A model generated the notes under the pieces. It did no database searches. It was not told the DNA's origin and saw nothing but the letters and a program-made list of their open reading frames with translations. 64,000 nt of DNA from Anthoceros angustus (lineage: Eukaryota > Plantae > Anthocerotophyta): NCBI GenBank assembly GCA_010909165.1, contig VJWM01000326.1, positions 4,664 to 68,663 on the forward strand. The letters run 5' to 3'. Numbering within the stretch: position 1 is the stretch's first letter; each line of letters starts with the position of its first letter. This document shows, one piece after another, positions 63,872-64,000 of the stretch. The position numbers and the translations under genes were made by a program.

Positions 63872-64000
63872 TTAAGTGAAGTCGGTTCCCGTCAGATGCT
63901 TGCCGGCGACGATGAAGGAGAAGTCGATGTCGGCGTTGCCATCTGTGTTGCCTTCGACGCGCGTGTCGTCGTTGTCAAAGATCAAGCGGATCTGACCGGC
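63872..64000 (-). CDS. C-terminus of a bacterial serralysin/RTX-type T1SS-secreted protein (partial)
   Basis: AGQIRLIFDNDDTRVEGNTDGNADIDFSFIVAGKHLTGTDFT* resembles the serralysin-like C-terminal signature (AGQLR...GD.NGDG.ADF.I.L.G...LT..DF); lies directly upstream of the prtD-like gene. Confidence 0.8.
   Translation of the reverse strand, partial: AGQIRLIFDNDDTRVEGNTDGNADIDFSFIVAGKHLTGTDFT

Overview
Almost the whole window (1-~63600) is a stack of nested land-plant LTR retrotransposons; the host is not identifiable, and a fern or other non-seed plant is only my impression. No intact host gene is present. Two copies of a non-autonomous Athila/Tat-like Ty3/gypsy element (~4069-18520 and ~29760-49336) have very long LTRs (~5.1 kb, TGTGG...CCACA termini, tRNA-Asp-type PBS, GAGGAGGGGAG PPT). 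Each LTR carries a ~2.8 kb ORF (conserved N-terminal domain plus coiled coil), its own G-box/TATA promoter candidate and arrays of palindromic CCTACCATGGTAGG repeats. The internal region holds only a gag relic and the two tips of integrase. Diverged relatives of this LTR occur at 3047-3720, 51016-63373 (minus) and 63374-63602 (minus). Three Ty1/copia elements are present: A (19441-26535, minus, TSD CTGTC), C (53108-60136, TSD CATCT) and B (from ~18903, interrupted three times). B and C share an extra ORF upstream of gag. The last ~400 bp switch abruptly to bacterial DNA: the C-terminus of a serralysin/RTX-type protein and the start of a PrtD-family type I secretion ABC transporter. Caveat: the sequence is indel-rich, and LTR-derived motifs overwrite copia coding sequence in places. 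It looks like low-accuracy long-read or model-polished/synthetic sequence, so frameshifts, some duplications and the bacterial junction may be artefacts.
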